Shown here: positions 26,666 to 38,513 of the stretch, piece by piece
How positions within the stretch are numbered: position 1 is the first letter of the stretch
Layout: each line of letters starts with the position of its first letter
Source of the DNA: Octopus sinensis
Lineage: Eukaryota
Assembly (NCBI RefSeq): GCF_006345805.1
Contig: NW_021833076.1
Span: 84,758-148,757 of the forward strand
Length of the DNA: 64,000 bases
Reading direction: 5' to 3'
Program-made: the position numbers and the translations under genes
The notes under the pieces: model-generated
Seen by the model: only the letters and a program-made list of their open reading frames with translations
Databases searched by the model: none
Told to the model about the DNA's origin: nothing

Positions 26666-29407
26666 TTACGTAAAACTGTAGTTATCGTAAAAGTAGTAGT
26701 TCCCGGGAGGGTCCTCTACTTTGATTGCGTTTTGGCTGTTTGACCAATCGCTTTTTCCATTCTGTTTTAAAAGCGGGATTTTTTCTTGCTTGATTAGACT
26801 CAGCAAATTGTCAATGCTCCGGGAAAGACCTTTAATAGGACACTGACAAAATTAGTGAGAGATCTGCACCGTAATTCTGGGATCTGCTTCTTCTTTTACA
26901 GATTTGTTAATTCTGGTCTTTCGAATCCCCTGCTTCTTTTTCTTCTTTGGTTGTGTAGTGGAACCTAAACGTCAGTGCTTGGGTCACTTGGAAGTTGCCG
27001 ACATTCTTCTGCGTGAGTCACCCAGCCTTGTTTTTTGCAACGGGTGCTACAAAAATATACTTCTCTGCACCGGTTGCACGGAAAAAGCGGAACCAACATT
27101 CGCCCACACTCGTAGCAAACGTTACTCGGAAATCTACATTTTAGCATTCAAAGCCACTTTTTTGGAGTTGTTTCGTTAGTCTGTGTAAATGTCAAAGTCT
27201 GGTTAGTTCGTCCCGGACAACCGAGCACCTTCATCACCATGTCTCCATGCTTAGCCAAAGTCGGAATATAAATGCATCTCGCCTTGCTATTCCGGACTAG
27301 TTTGATTGGTGTCCTCAAAATACCAATTTCTCCGCCCTCAACTTCTTGGTCAAATCTCAAAGCTTCCACTTCTCTGATCTTCTTGCGTATCTGTGTGGCA
27401 AGGAAAGACACGAGTTCATTAAATTCGGACACTTTTGCTTTGTCTTCTGTACTGAGCGTGTAGAAGGGGACACTGAAAAGTCTTTTTGACTAGACAGTGA
27501 TACATAAAACTACGTTCTCATAGTAGTTGTACACGTGATCCAAACAGGTTCCTAGCGATTTCTTGTTTTCTACAGCGACCTGTGCCAAAATGTCCATTTC
27601 CGAGTTCAGACACTTTTTGACCTAAAGATCAAAATGAGAAATGCAACAAATGATATTTTCTCGTGTATGGGAATCTTGTTACTCGTCAAGAGGACACAGA
27701 GAGAGTTGGATCGAGGGAGACCCAAGTCGAGGGTGATCGAAGCCCCGTTTTCCATCAACAAGTCTGCAGTCTCGGGGTTGTTCTGAGACAATGCTAAAGA
27801 AAGGGCGGAGTTGCCGCTCCAAATGGCGTTCACTTCAGCCCCATATTTTATTAGGAGAGCAATGTTTTTGTGTCTAAGCTGGGACAATGCAGGTGTTTTG
27901 GGAACCTCAGCATTTACATTCGTGCTGCAAGCTATATGTAGAGGAGTCATTCCTGCCGTCGGAATGATAGAATATATGTAGAGGGAGTTCATAATCTGAA
28001 TACACAAAGCAGTCACTACCGATTCTTCGAGGAGTCCACTCTCGGATACCCTGGCGTTGACATCTGCTCCAGCATTGAGAAGATCCTCTGTGATCTCGGT
28101 CCCCTGTTCGACATGCATTGCGACAGCCAAATGAATGAGATTGCAGGATAACTGAATGCTCAAAGTGGCAGTACTTTGTTCTTCATGTTTGGATCGGCAT
28201 TTCTGAGTAACAAAATTCTGACCATCTCTGAGTCCCCACACAGGACTGCCTCGTACAAAGGAAAGGTTCGAGCAGATCCCTGATTTGGATTAGCCCCGTA
28301 GTCCAACAAGATCTCGATAATTTCACGTTGAAGGGCGTTTAGTTGCAGGGAATGAGACGTATTGAACGCAGATAAAAGTTCATTTGTGCTGGGAAACAGT
28401 CTATGCTGAAGAGGCGATTCTCTGTAGTAATTCTGGAAACTGAGCAACAAAGCCGATCTGTCGTCGTCTGACAGGCGCCCCACGTCCGCCCGAAATTTGA
28501 GGAGGCGACTGACGATTTGTTTATTGCAGAGAACTGCTGCATACATCAATGCTGTCCTTCCTTGCTTGTCGCACACGTCTAAACAGATTTGTTCATTCAG
28601 CAAAGCCGAGTTGACATTCCGAATGTTATTTTCGGCACAATCCATAATAAATTGTTTCGATAATTTCTCCAACCTTCCTTCCTTCAAAAACAACTTCCGG
28701 TCCCCTCCAATTTCTCTTATTCGGTAGTTTCCATAGTTAGCGTCACGGATATGACTAATAAATGAGTTCCATGAGAAATACCGAAGAACGTGACTCTGCA
28801 TATTCTGAAATATGGGGGAATTGTTCTCCAGTGTTACAAATTCCTTACTCAGTGAGTCCGTGTCATCAATAGAGTACTGAGATTGGAAATAGTCAGACTC
28901 GAATTCCTTAATATTGAGTGCAATGTTGGCTCGGGTTAGACAATTCTTGTAAACAGAGGAAGGGACTCCCTCTTGTCCAGCATCACTCAGTCGGGGCTTG
29001 TGGTTTTGCTTTACCAGGCACTGAACCGTGTTAGAGATTTTGTGTGATTTGTCATATTCTAATAAATCGACTCGCAAGGGAATAGTCCCATATAATTTCA
29101 TCAATTTTCCGCCAAAAAACAGACCAACATCCTGAGTGTCGTCCTCATAACTGACGACTCCAGGACCGAAGGGAAATCCACGGAGAAACATTCCCTTTCA
29201 ATATGATTTGAAGGATATACAGCATAAGATGAACCATCGACATATTTGCAGTATCCAAACCCCTCCTTTTCGTTAAAATAAAACGTTCCTTCGTAACAGT
29301 CCCCATTTTCACACGTCTCCACTCCGCGGCCGTGTTTCTTACCACAAAATAAGCGGACAGTACTCTAACATGTAATCAAACTTTCTTACCTTTTGATTTT
29401 CGATCAT
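26666..29407 (-). CDS. ANKMY1: Ankyrin repeat and MYND domain-containing protein 1 (MORN + ANK + MYND)
   Basis: MORN GRGVETCENGDCYEG and GFPFGPGVVSYED, ankyrins GRTALMYAA / GMTPLHIAC / GNSALSLAL, MYND CYECGR...CNRCREVYFCSTRCKKQGWVTHAEEC. Ends inferred. Confidence 0.85.
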
Positions 29408-29743
29408 TACTGTTCACTTGTGTTGGTTGCCATGATACAATTTTCGATTTTTAAGTCAGCAGATACGACTAGCCATTCATTATTTGAAAATTTGTACTTT
29501 ATATGGCAATCCTTAAAGTGCACGGATGACGCAAAATAAGAATTTTTGGCAAATGTCTATTTAACTAAAGAATGGTTAATTTTTAAGCTTATAAGGGGAT
29601 TGGGGATATAAGGTCATTTTCTGTCGTTATTTTTTTATATTTTTGTTATAAGATATACGAGATATATGACATTTAGTTATATAATAATTAAATATGTGAA
29701 TTATTTTTATTAAAAAAATAATAAAATTTAGATACAAAATCTT
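29408..29743. promoter_or_regulatory. Probable bidirectional promoter between ANKMY1 (-) and RBBP6 (+)
   Basis: AT-rich 336-bp gap between divergent starts. Confidence 0.45.
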
Positions 29744-31513
29744 ATGGTGCGTAGTATCTATATTTCTTTATTATTTAAATCCTTAATAATATCTCATTAT
29801 TTTTAGACCAGCACAATATATTACAGATTAAAGACAGCCTCAAATTACGAAACTGTCCAATTTGAGGGTGATAGAATCTCCTTACTTGGTCTAAAAAGCA
29901 TTCTTTCAAAAAGGAACAACCTCCTCCTAAAATCAGGACTTTTTGACTTGGTAGCACAAGACGAGAGAACATTAACCAGTAAACATAACTACAAGACTGT
30001 TAGAATATGAATGTGACAGTGACCTTATATCCTCCGACTCCCGTCTCTCCATTTCCCGGATACCGTCAACACGGAAGTTGCCGACCCTTTCGAGTGACCC
30101 TCCGAGAGTATCCGTGGTTTGTATTCTGAATGAATGTGTAGACAGCCGAGAATGTCCACAAGCCACCCATAGAGCCAGTAAAGTCGAATTTGGTGGAGAA
30201 TGTGAATAAAATATATTTAAATAACCAGCCACAGGCATTTCTGGACGAATGTGAGAAGATCAAGGCTCTGACGGAAGACCCCAAGTACGTGAATATGCAC
30301 GGGAAACCTCTCCCGACTGGGAAACTGCCTCCGAACTACATTTGTCACAGATGTGGGGAACCAGGCCATTGGATACAGAATTGTCCGAGTATAAAAATAG
30401 TATTAGTTTGGCTAACGGAAGGGCCCTGATGGACGTCCTCTCCGGTCAGAGAATCAATTACAGCCAGTAAAGCGCAGTTTTGGAATTCCCAACTCGTTTC
30501 TTCGGCCTGTGAATGACCCCAATCAGCCGGGGGCAGTCCTGACGAGAGATGGACAATATGCAGTTCCCCTTATCGACGCGTACTTGGTGGTGTGTCATGT
30601 GCAGTGAGGCATATTCACGTGGAAAAAGGGAGAGACCCCCCTTTGTGGAGAACGAGTGCAAAGTGGAGACCAAAAAGGAACATATTCCGCCAGAGTTGTT
30701 ATGTCCATTGTGTTCTAAGCTTATTGACGACGCGGTCGTGCTGCCATGCTGTCACGAACCAGTGTGTGATAAATGTGCTTGTTTGTTTGATAAGGATTAG
30801 GCATCACAGAGGCACTTCTTAGTACTGATGACCATCGTTGTCCTCTTTGTAGTCAGATGGACGTGTCACCCTGTCAATTACTCGCCAATTTGTTTCTTAG
30901 AAAGAAGGTGGATGAGTACAGAAGTATGTCTGTCACTAAACGTTATCTTGATTCGATATCGTCTAATTTGCCTGTTGATGTGTAATGTATGTGTATGAAG
31001 GGTAGAGACAGACCTCGGTCATCTCCTGTCGGCAAAGATAATGAAAGGGGCAGGGGAGTCACTAAAGAGGCCGTGGACAGTTTTATACGGCAGGATCCCT
31101 TGATGTCTCTCCCAGCAATGGCTAGTATGATGTACTACCATAGAATGATGATGCCGTACTTTCCTCCTTTTGGAATGCCTATTAGTATGGCCGTGTGTCA
31201 AATGTGTAGGTAACAAGCCTCGTCAGTTGACCAAGGAAGAGTTTTATGCACTTAAGGAGTCATATCGACAACAAAACTCGAGTCCCAGTTCCACTTATTC
31301 GAAGAAAAAGAGATCGCCCAGACGACATGAGTCGAGGTTGGTGGGACATGGCATTGTAGGAGGCGTGATAAAAGTAGAAACCAGTTGGATGATGTACGCA
31401 AGTCGGACTACAAGTCGCCCAATTCGGTCTCCACTAATGATTCTCGGGCGAGGAAGAGTAGACATCATTCTCGGTCACATCGTAGAAGAAGTCGACGTTC
31501 TGTTTCTGATTAA
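29744..31513 (+). CDS. RBBP6: RBBP6/Mpe1 E3 ligase (DWNN + zinc knuckle + RING + RS tail)
   Basis: Spliced MTSTIYYRLKTASNYETVQFEGDRISLLGLK...LISSDSRLSISRIP (DWNN), PNYICHRCGEPGHWIQNCP, PPELLCPLCSKLIDDAVVLPCC, LTKEEFY and RS-rich end. Confidence 0.9.
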
Positions 31514-31599
31514 TAAATACAATTTTGTTTTTATTTCTTAATTGAATAGTTTTATTTAATCAATTTTACCTATAAGGATTGTGCAAATGGTACATGTAG

Positions 31600-32620
31600 A
31601 ATTTTAAAATTGATTGGTCCATGGCGAAACCAGCGGTCTGGGCTCCGGCTGCAGGAGAGGGGGTGAAAGCCTTTCACGTCCACCGTACCTCCGCATCGAC
31701 AGGATCTTTAGGGGAGCGAAGACCGATCCCTCAGAACCTCACGGGAAGTTTTGCTTGCGACCAACCGATTTCCTATCTGCAGCCTCTTACTCGCCCCTCT
31801 GTGTCTTGCACGCTCAACTCATCAGAAGATGAAATCAAGTTCTCAATTCGAGCTTTTGGTAAATGCAGCTGCGGGGGACTTGATGGCCTCCACCTGGGCC
31901 ACATCAACGACCTCACTTCTCCCTTAACTGGCGAGGCAGGCAACTCTCTGATATCCGCTATAGCCGCTCTAGCCGGTAAGATACTGAACTGGGATATCCC
32001 TTACTATGCGAGGAACATGCTTTTCTCAGCACATCTACTTGCATTCCGGAAGAAGGATGGCGGAATCTATCCCATAGCAGTTGGAAATTACTCCCGCCGC
32101 CACGTATGTCCCCGCCTAAGTTTCGAATTTGCTCCTATCAACTCGGGGTGGGAGTCGCCAACGGTTGCGAGGCCGCGGTTCACGCAGTCAGAAGTCTTTT
32201 CCTTTTTAACAGCACACTCAAGTCCTCCTACGCAGCTGTGAAACTCGATCTTCGCAACGAATTCAACAGTGTGAAGAGAGACTATATCCTCGAGGCTTGC
32301 CTCAAAAGGGCTCCGGAAATCGCCCATTTGGTTTTCCTATCCTACGGCGAAGAGAGCACGTTCATCTTTGGTAATGAAATAGTCCACTCCCAGACAGGAG
32401 TTCAGCAGTGAGACCCGCTCGGGCCCCTCCTCTTTGCACTTGCAATGTGCACTCTGTTGAATCTTCGTTCAATCTATGGTACTTGGATCCTCGGTTTGTG
32501 GATCTATCGATGATATATCCAGCAACCTCTTACACCTAATTTCTGCCCACGAACACCTTAGGCTTAAAGTAAATAAAGAAAAATGTGAGCTCATAAATGT
32601 CAACTACCCGCTGGCAAATT
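31600..32620 (+). mobile_element. CRE-like non-LTR retrotransposon RT fragment
   Basis: SCGGLDGLHLGHI, RKKDGGIYPIAVG, QLGVGVANGCEAAVHAVR, KLDLRNEFNSV, GVQQ*DPLGPLLFAL. Confidence 0.8.
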
Positions 32621-32879
32621 TTTCGACTCAAAAAAGTCAAATGGTACATTTTTGTATAAAATATTGTTTTTATTTCTTAATTGACTTATCTAATTTAATC
32701 AATTTTTATTTGGTTGAAAGCATTCAACACGTCGTTTAATGCTATCGAAGTTGCTAATATAGTTTGTGGGTCATGTTTTCGCTGTCATAATTTTGGTTAC
32801 ATTGCATCTTTCTGCAAGGAGTCTCTGCGCTTTTTCCTATGTGGGGCATGCATAAATCAGATAATTGTCCTTCCGTGTG

Positions 32880-33730
32880 TCAATTGTCAATTGTGTCAAT
32901 TTTTTCTGTTTTTTGAGCCATTTCGAAGTTTATCTTCTGTAACCATTTATCGAAAATATCAATCGTCATCCAAGCATTTTTTGATGCAGTGTACAAAACC
33001 TAAAAATAATCTAATACAACATACTCCATAATCTTCAGTTTTTATATTTTTTAAGCATCTTGGAGATTTGAATTTCCCGATAACAAGGGGCTTTAATTTC
33101 TCACCCCCAAGGCTGCAGCATAAAAGAACCGAAACTCGTTCTTTACTTTTTGTTTTACCGAAACAGTTATCATTCGAAGACACAAATGATTTACATGAAT
33201 TCTTTTTGACAAAAAGGGATGTTTCGTCACAGTTGAAAATATCTTTTTTCTCGAATTTATCAAATAAATTGTCGTACTCATTAAAAAAATCTTCGATCTT
33301 ATCTTTGTCGCACAAGTTCTTTTCTCCGGAAATTACTTTAAACAGTCATTCGTGACGTTTTTTAAAACGATCCAACCATCCATTCGATGCTTTAAAATTA
33401 TCGAAGTTAAGGTTCGATGCAATTTTTTGCAACAGTTTTCAGGAGAAATCCTGAAACTGAAATCCCATCTTCTCTCAAATTTTTAAAAACTTCAAAGACT
33501 AATCGATCAATTCGAATAGAAAGATCTGATTCAAAGTTCTTAAACGAGTGTTCATCAGAGCACGTTTCTGCTTTTGAAAATCCTTTTCCAATTTCTTTTT
33601 TAATTCTTGAGACAGTTCCTTTCCCAATATTATATAATCGACAAATTTTTCTTTCAGAAATATCTCCTTTCATTAATGATTCGGAAATCGTTTGCTTCAA
33701 GTTCTGACTAAGCTTCGCTGGCATGCTTAA
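32880..33730 (-). mobile_element. pogo/Tigger transposase remnant (lineage A) with a 25-nt intron
   Basis: HTH-psq/CENP-B N-terminus, FKASNGWLDRFKKRH, IFNCDETSLF, KERVSVLLCC..GGEKLKPLVIGK, spliced YG|VLYTASKNAWMT. Confidence 0.88.
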
Positions 33731-33795
33731 AAATATTTAAAAATTAATAAAATAAAGAATAAAAATGAAATAATAAATTTTAATATTATCGATTA

Positions 33796-34249
33796 GCCCC
33801 AGTAGCTGAAGACTATGGATGTTGGAATTCAAACGTCGTGGGTTCGAATCCGATAGAACCAAGTTTTCAGCCGGGGTCAAATCTTGTCAACGTTCCCCAC
33901 CCGTGAGGCGATGAGTCCATCTGGCACGACACAGATGTCGAAAGGGGGACCTCCTACCTTCCCCTGATCACATTACCGATGAAGAATCTCCATTATGCAA
34001 AAACCCGTCCGGATTCAAATGAAGTGCGGTGAGCTACGGTAAGAGGCTGACAAATGGGAACTGGACATACCAGAAATTCCCCACCTCTCTTTGGAGACGG
34101 ATGGCTGTAATGAAGATTTGGAGGCTAATGTTGATCGGCACAAGCAATCCCTTCGTTCCTTGCTCCTTCATTTGATTAGTTAGTTGTGACTGTTTGTGCT
34201 GGGCTTGCCATGTTGTGCAAGCTTGGGGGTTATAAATAATAATAATAAA
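33796..34249 (+). mobile_element. tRNA-derived SINE (about 450 bp)
   Basis: tRNA-like head GCCCCAGTAGCTGAAG..., perfect B box GGTTCGAATCC (33841-33851), (TAA)n tail, second diverged copy at 20.36 kb; no clear TSD. Confidence 0.7.
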
Positions 34250-34479
34250 TACAGTGTTTGCAATGCAAACAAAAGCAGCTGAAGATGAAGGCTAACTACT
34301 TTAATTGAATAGCCAAAATTGACGCTAAAATTATAATTTGACAAATTCTGATGACGTAAAGCATCCCAGTGGATATCAACACATTGTTAATAATATCACT
34401 CAATTTAATAAGTGCCACATTTCAACAAAGATTTGAGATGTTAAAATGATTTTTGGTATAAAAAGAAACCCACTTTCAG

Positions 34480-34720
34480 AACTGTCGAATAAACATGTTT
34501 AGTAACTAATGACTTGGAGATCTCAACTCCCAGTTTGGATGCCTTATCCACTGTCGTAGGCGGCCTTGATCTCTGAAAGTTAAGTTTCCAAAACTTGCAA
34601 AGTAACACTGGAAGTTTTGTAACCATTTGCAACAGCATGGCTATGTGAATCTGGATTTTCATCTTTACTATATATAAAAAAGAAACTCTCTTGGTTTTGA
34701 AAAGAATTGCATTGGCTAGA
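34480..34720 (+). mobile_element. hAT transposase C-terminal remnant
   Basis: KFPKLAK...PFATAWLCESGFSSLLYIKK with stops. Confidence 0.65.
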
Positions 34721-34779
34721 ATTTGATCTTACTCAAGATGTACTTCACCAGAATTATTCATGAGAGAATGCAGGGGAAA

Positions 34780-35560
34780 GTACCACATGTGTACAAGCAT
34801 CCATTGTTTTTATTGGTCAATAAAATACGCTTCCTGAAGGGAGCATGGTGTGGTTGTCCTTGATGTGCTCAGTGCAACTGGGGAGGCCATGAGGGAGTTG
34901 TTGATGGAGCCTGGAGTGTAGAAAAAGGAGGACCTGCCTCCCGGACTGTAACACCGTGGATGTTGCCTACTCTCTCACTGCCGGCCGAGTCAACGAAGGA
35001 CAGCTGAGTGAGTGAATAAGGAAACATACTACATTGAATATTGCATAACTGGGAGAGGACGTGGGATTGAGGGCAGTCAAGCACACTCGCTGTTGTTTGT
35101 TGCCTGCCAGTGGAGAGGACTGAGAGAATGGAGACGTACTGCCTCAATTTCTCAAAAGTATAATTGGGCAGTAAAGAAAGGTGAATCCGAGTGGGAAAGT
35201 GGTGAAGGTGGGGATACTGGATAGGAAAAGTAAGTGAGAAGTAGAAAATATACTTCATCGACACGGGCGGGGGGAGCGCGGACGTCCTTCGCGAAAGTAA
35301 GGAGTGTGGTAAATGGCAGGGAATGGGGGAGTAGCGGCTGATTCCGAAGAGGACCCTGACGATATTCGAGATATGGACTGGGAATGTGGAATTATGGGAA
35401 AATGCGACTGTGGAGGTTGTGGGAGTGAGTGACTGGCAGTCTGACCAAGAATTACCTGCAATTGGGGAACAGGAAGGTAAACAAGGCCTTGTAGGCAAAC
35501 ATGGGCAAAGTAGGCCTGTTTGGTCACTCCGAGAGTAACTTTCTGACTGTCTACAAAACG
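34780..35560 (-). pseudogene. Degenerate kinesin motor-domain gene (kinesin-6-like), pseudogene or pseudo-motor
   Basis: LAGNKQQRVCLTALNPTSSPSYAIFN (switch I), LSFVDSAGSER (switch II), EAGSINNSLMA; P-loop region reads GQTASHSL; tiny introns retained; frameshifts. Confidence 0.65.
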
Positions 35561-35660
35561 TGTGTACAGCCAAATTAATATAAATATCTATTTTATTTAA
35601 TTAAAACAAATTAATATAAATCAATATTTGAATTAATCGTTCTTGTTCGTCATTGTGAAA

Positions 35661-36610
35661 ATGCGAATAATAAACAGCAGACAATGCCACGCACCGCAGT
35701 GTAAATTCCAAAGCAGACCCAATTCAAATTACTGCGGAGTTGCCTGTGGAATAGCACTGGCTCACAAGTAAAAGTAAATATAATACTAAGGCGCCTAAAA
35801 GATGCTTTCAAGGACAACGAATCATTAAGAACAGAGACTACCTATGCTGCAGAGTCACACGACCTCACAATTATTGCCCAAATAAAGAAGGATATCGCCA
35901 AAGTTCAGCTCTCCCTTCTCGAGACTGAATCCAGACGGAAGGACCTGCTGGAACTAATCGAAAGAGGAAAGAAAATCCCAATAGAAGACACATATCAGGT
36001 TGCCTAACCCAGTCCCACGTACAGGAGGAGAATGAGAGTGACAGACACGTCATGAATTGTTTTATATGTGGAAGTGAAGTATTGACGAGTGCATATTCCC
36101 GTCATGTCGATAAATGTTTCAGAAAAGTAAGCAAATTGAATGAATTCAGTGCGAATCCAAGACTTTCTGTTCATCTCACTTTCGTTCACGAATGGAGAGT
36201 GTGTTGTGTGATAAATACAGTGCTTCCTCCAAGTCGTACTGCAAGCGACTCAAACTGCTCTGTCCAGTCCATTCCAAGCCATTTCCTGTTGTGGGGATAA
36301 TTAATGTTTAGAGGAGGGCGGAGGAGGTTTGTGGCTTCCCTGATGAGGGGAGTATGGCGTGTGGAGTGAGTAGGGATGTGTACTCGTTTTGTGCCACATC
36401 TGCCAAGAAATGTGGCCTTCATGCTGACTGGGATCGGCTGGCTTTGGGGAGGATAGATTTGGAGAAAGTGCGGCTGGTATTTTAGTTTTGTCAGGTTAGA
36501 ATATCGCCAAGGAGGAGTTGTTTGAGAGGGAGAGGAGGCACAGGATGGAGATTGCATCCAGGGGGGGTATTCCGGCCATTTTCCTTAATCTGACTCAAAA
36601 ACTGAATTAA
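35661..36610 (+). CDS. CXXC1: CXXC1/CFP1 (Spp1) COMPASS subunit, C-terminal Set1-interacting half only
   Basis: RQCHAPQCKFQSRPNSNYCGVACGIALA, coiled coil, CFICGSEVLTSAYSRHVDKCFRK, LCDKYSASSKSYCKRLKLLCPVH, EVCGFP, FCATSAKKCGLHADWDRLALGRIDLEKVRL. Confidence 0.85.
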
Positions 36611-37128
36611 TGAATTGGGACTGTCCTGGGTGACCATGTTAAAATATTTATTATTTTTTTCGAATTCGAAATAAATTAGAAATTATAATAATTATGGATT
36701 TTTGAAAATGTTTTTTTTTCTTCTTATCTCTGATAATAAATTTGTCTTTTAGCTGATTTTCGAGGACGTAAATTCTTATTCTGGAGGTTAATAATTCGAT
36801 TTCTAACTCGTTTAGAATATCTGTTGATTTGTATTCTTTGCCCAATCTTGTGTTTCTGATTTGTAGGGTTTGTGACATGAATGAACCGAACTTCAATTTG
36901 AATTTTGTGACCCAATTTGATTTATTTAAAAATTATTTAATTTACTTAAATCAAGTAAAAAATAATCAGAGTTTTTAAAAGTGTTAAAAAAACAAAATTC
37001 TTTAAACTTACTAAATTAGCTGAGTATTGAAATGAGTAAAAAATGATGTTTTATAATAAATTTTTAATAGTAAATTCAGTTTCATATAAAGAAGAATTAA
37101 AAATGTTAAAACCAAGTGAAATAGAGTA

Positions 37129-38448
37129 ATGCTCAGCCAAGTTGAACAAACTTTCTTCTCTAAAAACTCTGAAGGATGGACAACATTTTACAAAGTATAG
37201 TCCAGTTGACCACCTCAGAGACAAATATGCGAGTTTTCCTGCAATCACTACGAAGAATGCTCTCATGCCCAACACTTTATTAAAAACCGGAAGAGAAACC
37301 GTTATTCGGACATTCTGCCTTGTTGTGTGCCATTTCACATTATAGCTGCCAAGAACAGAGTCATTTTGAAGAATGTTTCAGAAGACTACATCAACGCCAA
37401 TTATATAGTTATTGGACAAGTCAGTCGCAAATATATTCTCACTCAGGTTTGGTTTCAGTATTAGTTAGGCCCCTCTTGATTACACTGCCGGACATTTCTG
37501 GCTGATGGCACTCCAGAACAAGTCAGAGACCATCGTTATGCTTACCAAATCAAATGTGTCTTTATAAATATAATTTATAGACAGAGCGCTACTTTCCAAC
37601 CAGCACAGATATAGGGATGGTTTTCCCCACTGAGGATATATCCGTACAGTTGGTTGATGTACAAGCCTACCCCGCCTTTGTGTGGAGAAACATGCGAGTG
37701 GAACATAAGGTTGGGTTAATTGTATTTTTGAAGGAACAAGTCCTGTTTGTGAGGCACTACCAATTCGACTGCTGGCCTGATTTCGGAATTCCTGACGATT
37801 TAACTGATTTTATGCAGTTTCTGGCCTTTCTTCGGTCGAGGAAGGATCTTGAAAGTTCTAAAATGCCTATAATACACTGCAATGCTGGGGTCGGGAGATC
37901 AGGATGCTTTGTTCTGATAGACTCGACCATTTTGGAGGTAAAGAGTGGTCCGTATGTCTGATTGAGTTGTATTATCAAAATGAGAGTTCGATGCAAGTCG
38001 ACGTTGAGCAGAATCTTATTAATCTGAGAAGACAGCAATTTCACCTCGTCAAGTCCCCGTCTCAACTTGCTTTTTGTTACCAGGTCGTCTTGGTCACGGG
38101 AAAACTCATTTTGGAAGGTCACGATTGGATTTTCAACGTTTTTGTTAATATTGACTGTAGTACCTGGGAGACGGTCTCCAGTCTTGTTCTGTTTCGGAAA
38201 GACGTCGAAACAAATCTGATGATGAGTGGGACGAGGAAGAGTCCTCGGATGATGAAGGAGTTATTTACACGTTCTTTTATTTTAAATATCTTAGAATTGA
38301 TGAACAAGATTTTAGTATAGCTGATTTATCTGCTGAGTGTTCAGAGGGGTCTTATCCTCGTTGGGGCATTTATTTAAATTGGTACACTCTGGCTGGGATG
38401 TCGTTGATGTTAGCCATTTGTGTGTCTTTATATTATAAGATTTTTTGA
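37129..38448 (+). CDS. Non-receptor protein tyrosine phosphatase, PTP1B/TC-PTP-like, with C-terminal hydrophobic anchor
   Basis: KRNRYSDILP, DYINAN, YILTQGPL, TIVMLT, WPDFGIP, IHCNAGVGRSG; tail WYTLAGMSLMLAICVSLYYKIF. Start may be 37103. Confidence 0.88.
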
Positions 38449-38513
38449 TGTAATATAAAAAATTAATTGTCCTTTCCATGTGTTAAAAAGAGCTCCTAGA
38501 AATAAGTGGCCTA

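Noticed and set aside
32760-32860. Gag-like zinc knuckle CFRCHNFGYIASFC
   Set aside because: Isolated, His replaced, no flanking ORF1/ORF2; too little to call.
33796-33870. Genuine tRNA gene
   Set aside because: No acceptor-stem or anticodon-arm pairing; continues into a repeated body with an A-rich tail, so treated as a SINE head.
33900-33975. Hammerhead-like string in the SINE (gcGATGAg...catctg/cagatg...cGAAA)
   Set aside because: The core reads GCGAUGA rather than CUGAUGA, stem II base is mispaired and the cleavage triplet would end in G; not supportable.
36186-36557. Minus-strand Pro/Ser-rich ORF and other long antisense ORFs (e.g. 11188-11490, 23647-24078, 46542-46892, 62684-63034)
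   Set aside because: Shadows of CXXC1, SYVN1 or retroelement coding strands.
36651-36915. Ribosomal-protein-like ORFs (S15/S17-like words)
   Set aside because: No ATG, very AT-rich, similarity limited to a few residues.
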